From Patescibacteria group bacterium (lineage in GTDB: Bacteria; Patescibacteriota; Patescibacteriia; Magasanikbacterales; GWA2-37-8): a stretch of 64,000 nucleotides of DNA. Position 1 is the stretch's first letter. Each line of letters starts with the position of its first letter. The notes below the pieces were generated by a model. The model saw only the letters and a list, made by a program, of their open reading frames with translations. It did no database searches and was not told the origin of the DNA. Of this stretch, positions 62,923 to 64,000 are shown piece by piece. A program made the translations under genes and the position numbers. The stretch spans positions 42,572 through 106,571 of the forward strand of contig JBAZKA010000003.1 of the NCBI GenBank assembly GCA_041651015.1. Direction: 5' to 3'.

Positions 62923-64000
62923 TTATCCTCTCAAAAATTCCGTCACCAGCGGGTCGGAAATAATGTGGCGCGGAGCAATGGGTTGAATCAAGACAATCCC
63001 CTCCAGCGAGGTGCAACGCGATAAAGCCACATATAATTGCCCCGAAGCAAACATCCCCCGCCCGATATCCAAAACCACACGGTCAAAAGTTTTGCCTTGG
63101 GCTTTGTGGATGGTCACGGCCCAAGCGAGCTTGATTGGCAATTGCGTGAACGCGCCGGTTTCCTCGGCTTCCACTGAATTGCCGGCGGTGTTGAAAAAAT
63201 ATCTATAAGACTTCCAAGTGTGCGGGCAGACTTCCACAATCTCGCCCTCAGGCAATTCCACATGTACAATCGGCAAATTATAATTGTCTTTGGAAAATTT
63301 CTTGACCACGCCAATCGTGCCATTGACCCAACGTCCGGCCGTGTCGTTGTTGATAAGCATCACTTGAGCACCAATTTTTAATTTTAATTTTTCATCGGTC
63401 GGCTGAACGCGGTCGTCAAACCGGCCGTATTGATCCGCGGTAAAAGTCTCGGCCTTGCCACTCAGACGATTGAGGCGGGAATTATTTATTTCGGCCGCGA
63501 GATAATTGGTGGCCGTGAGATAAATATAATAATCTTCATCCAAAACAAAATTAGGATTATGCCGGCAATTGAGCTCGGCCAAATCCTCGGCCGTGGCTTC
63601 GTTATCGCGAATGCGATTGAGCAAGCGAATAAAGTTCTGGTCTTTCTGCCGATGAATTTCCAATAATTCAAATTTAATAAAATCAAAACCGCCGAGCAAC
63701 TGATGATCGGTAAAAACTTTGGATGAGAAAAAATACGGCGTGCGGTAAATGGAATAAAACGCCTCGCGTTCCATATCAGTGACGACCGGCGGTAGTTGGT
63801 GCAAATCTCCAAACACAATTAAACGTGCTCCGCCAAACGGCCGGCCTCGTTCACGTCCATTGAGCCGCATAAATTTATCCACGCAATCCAACAAATCCGC
63901 GCGCACCATGGAGACCTCATCAATCACAATCGCGTCCAGCTTGCCATACATTGTTTCGGCGCCATCCTTCTTCCCCATCTTGCGGATGTCGCTTACCGAC
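62923..64000 (-). CDS. PIF1/RecD-like superfamily-1 helicase, 5'-truncated by the window edge
   Basis: 'LDAIVIDEVSMV', 'IVFGDLHQLPPV', 'AVTIHKAQGKTFDRVVL', and 'QLYVALSRCTS'. Confidence 0.75.
   Translation of the reverse strand, partial: SVSDIRKMGKKDGAETMYGKLDAIVIDEVSMVRADLLDCVDKFMRLNGRERGRPFGGARLIVFGDLHQLPPVVTDMEREAFYSIYRTPYFFSSKVFTDHQLLGGFDFIKFELLEIHRQKDQNFIRLLNRIRDNEATAEDLAELNCRHNPNFVLDEDYYIYLTATNYLAAEINNSRLNRLSGKAETFTADQYGRFDDRVQPTDEKLKLKIGAQVMLINNDTAGRWVNGTIGVVKKFSKDNYNLPIVHVELPEGEIVEVCPHTWKSYRYFFNTAGNSVEAEETGAFTQLPIKLAWAVTIHKAQGKTFDRVVLDIGRGMFASGQLYVALSRCTSLEGIVLIQPIAPRHIISDPLVTEFLRG

Overview
The window is a gene-dense bacterial chromosome segment of about 42-46% GC. Roughly 75 protein genes were called, mostly on the minus strand, plus one tRNA-Ser(GGA). 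By inference it looks like a streamlined, CPR/Patescibacteria-like genome: many genes lack a Shine-Dalgarno sequence, many are small membrane ORFans, and the cell-division (dcw) cluster is reduced and rearranged. None of that is proven here.

Housekeeping genes recognised directly from motifs: mraZ-rsmH-ftsL...ftsW, murJ, lepA, recJ, pyrG, rplI, era, murA, rnhA, a hrcA-grpE-hsp20 operon and a separate dnaK-dnaJ, yidC, gatC-gatA, lgt, ctpA, zur-zupT, padR-pspC, arfB, cspA and a partial PIF1/RecD-like helicase. A surface-glycan locus (17.0-25.8 kb) carries GT4 and GT2 glycosyltransferases, a UDP-xylose-synthase-like epimerase, a methyltransferase, a priming sugar transferase and an S8 peptidase.

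Observations most worth follow-up:
(1) A membrane-anchored ClpC-like double AAA+ protein sits inside the dcw cluster between ftsL and ftsW, flanked by two tiny membrane proteins. It has an N-terminal zinc ribbon and a catalytically degenerate D1 ATPase domain.
(2) A stand-alone tRNA-dependent cyclodipeptide synthase (CDPS) homologue lies between rplI and pyrG.
(3) Several families of short GC-rich palindromic repeats are scattered through the window. At least one is inserted in frame inside lgt, and two different ones lie in the grpE N-terminal coding region.
(4) A GC-rich ORFan with a perfect Shine-Dalgarno sequence, and a GC-rich structured intergenic island.
(5) A perfect-consensus sigma70 promoter that appears to drive a roughly 60-nt sRNA or micro-ORF.
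(6) A NERD-nuclease three-gene module.

All calls are from reading the sequence only. No database searches were run.
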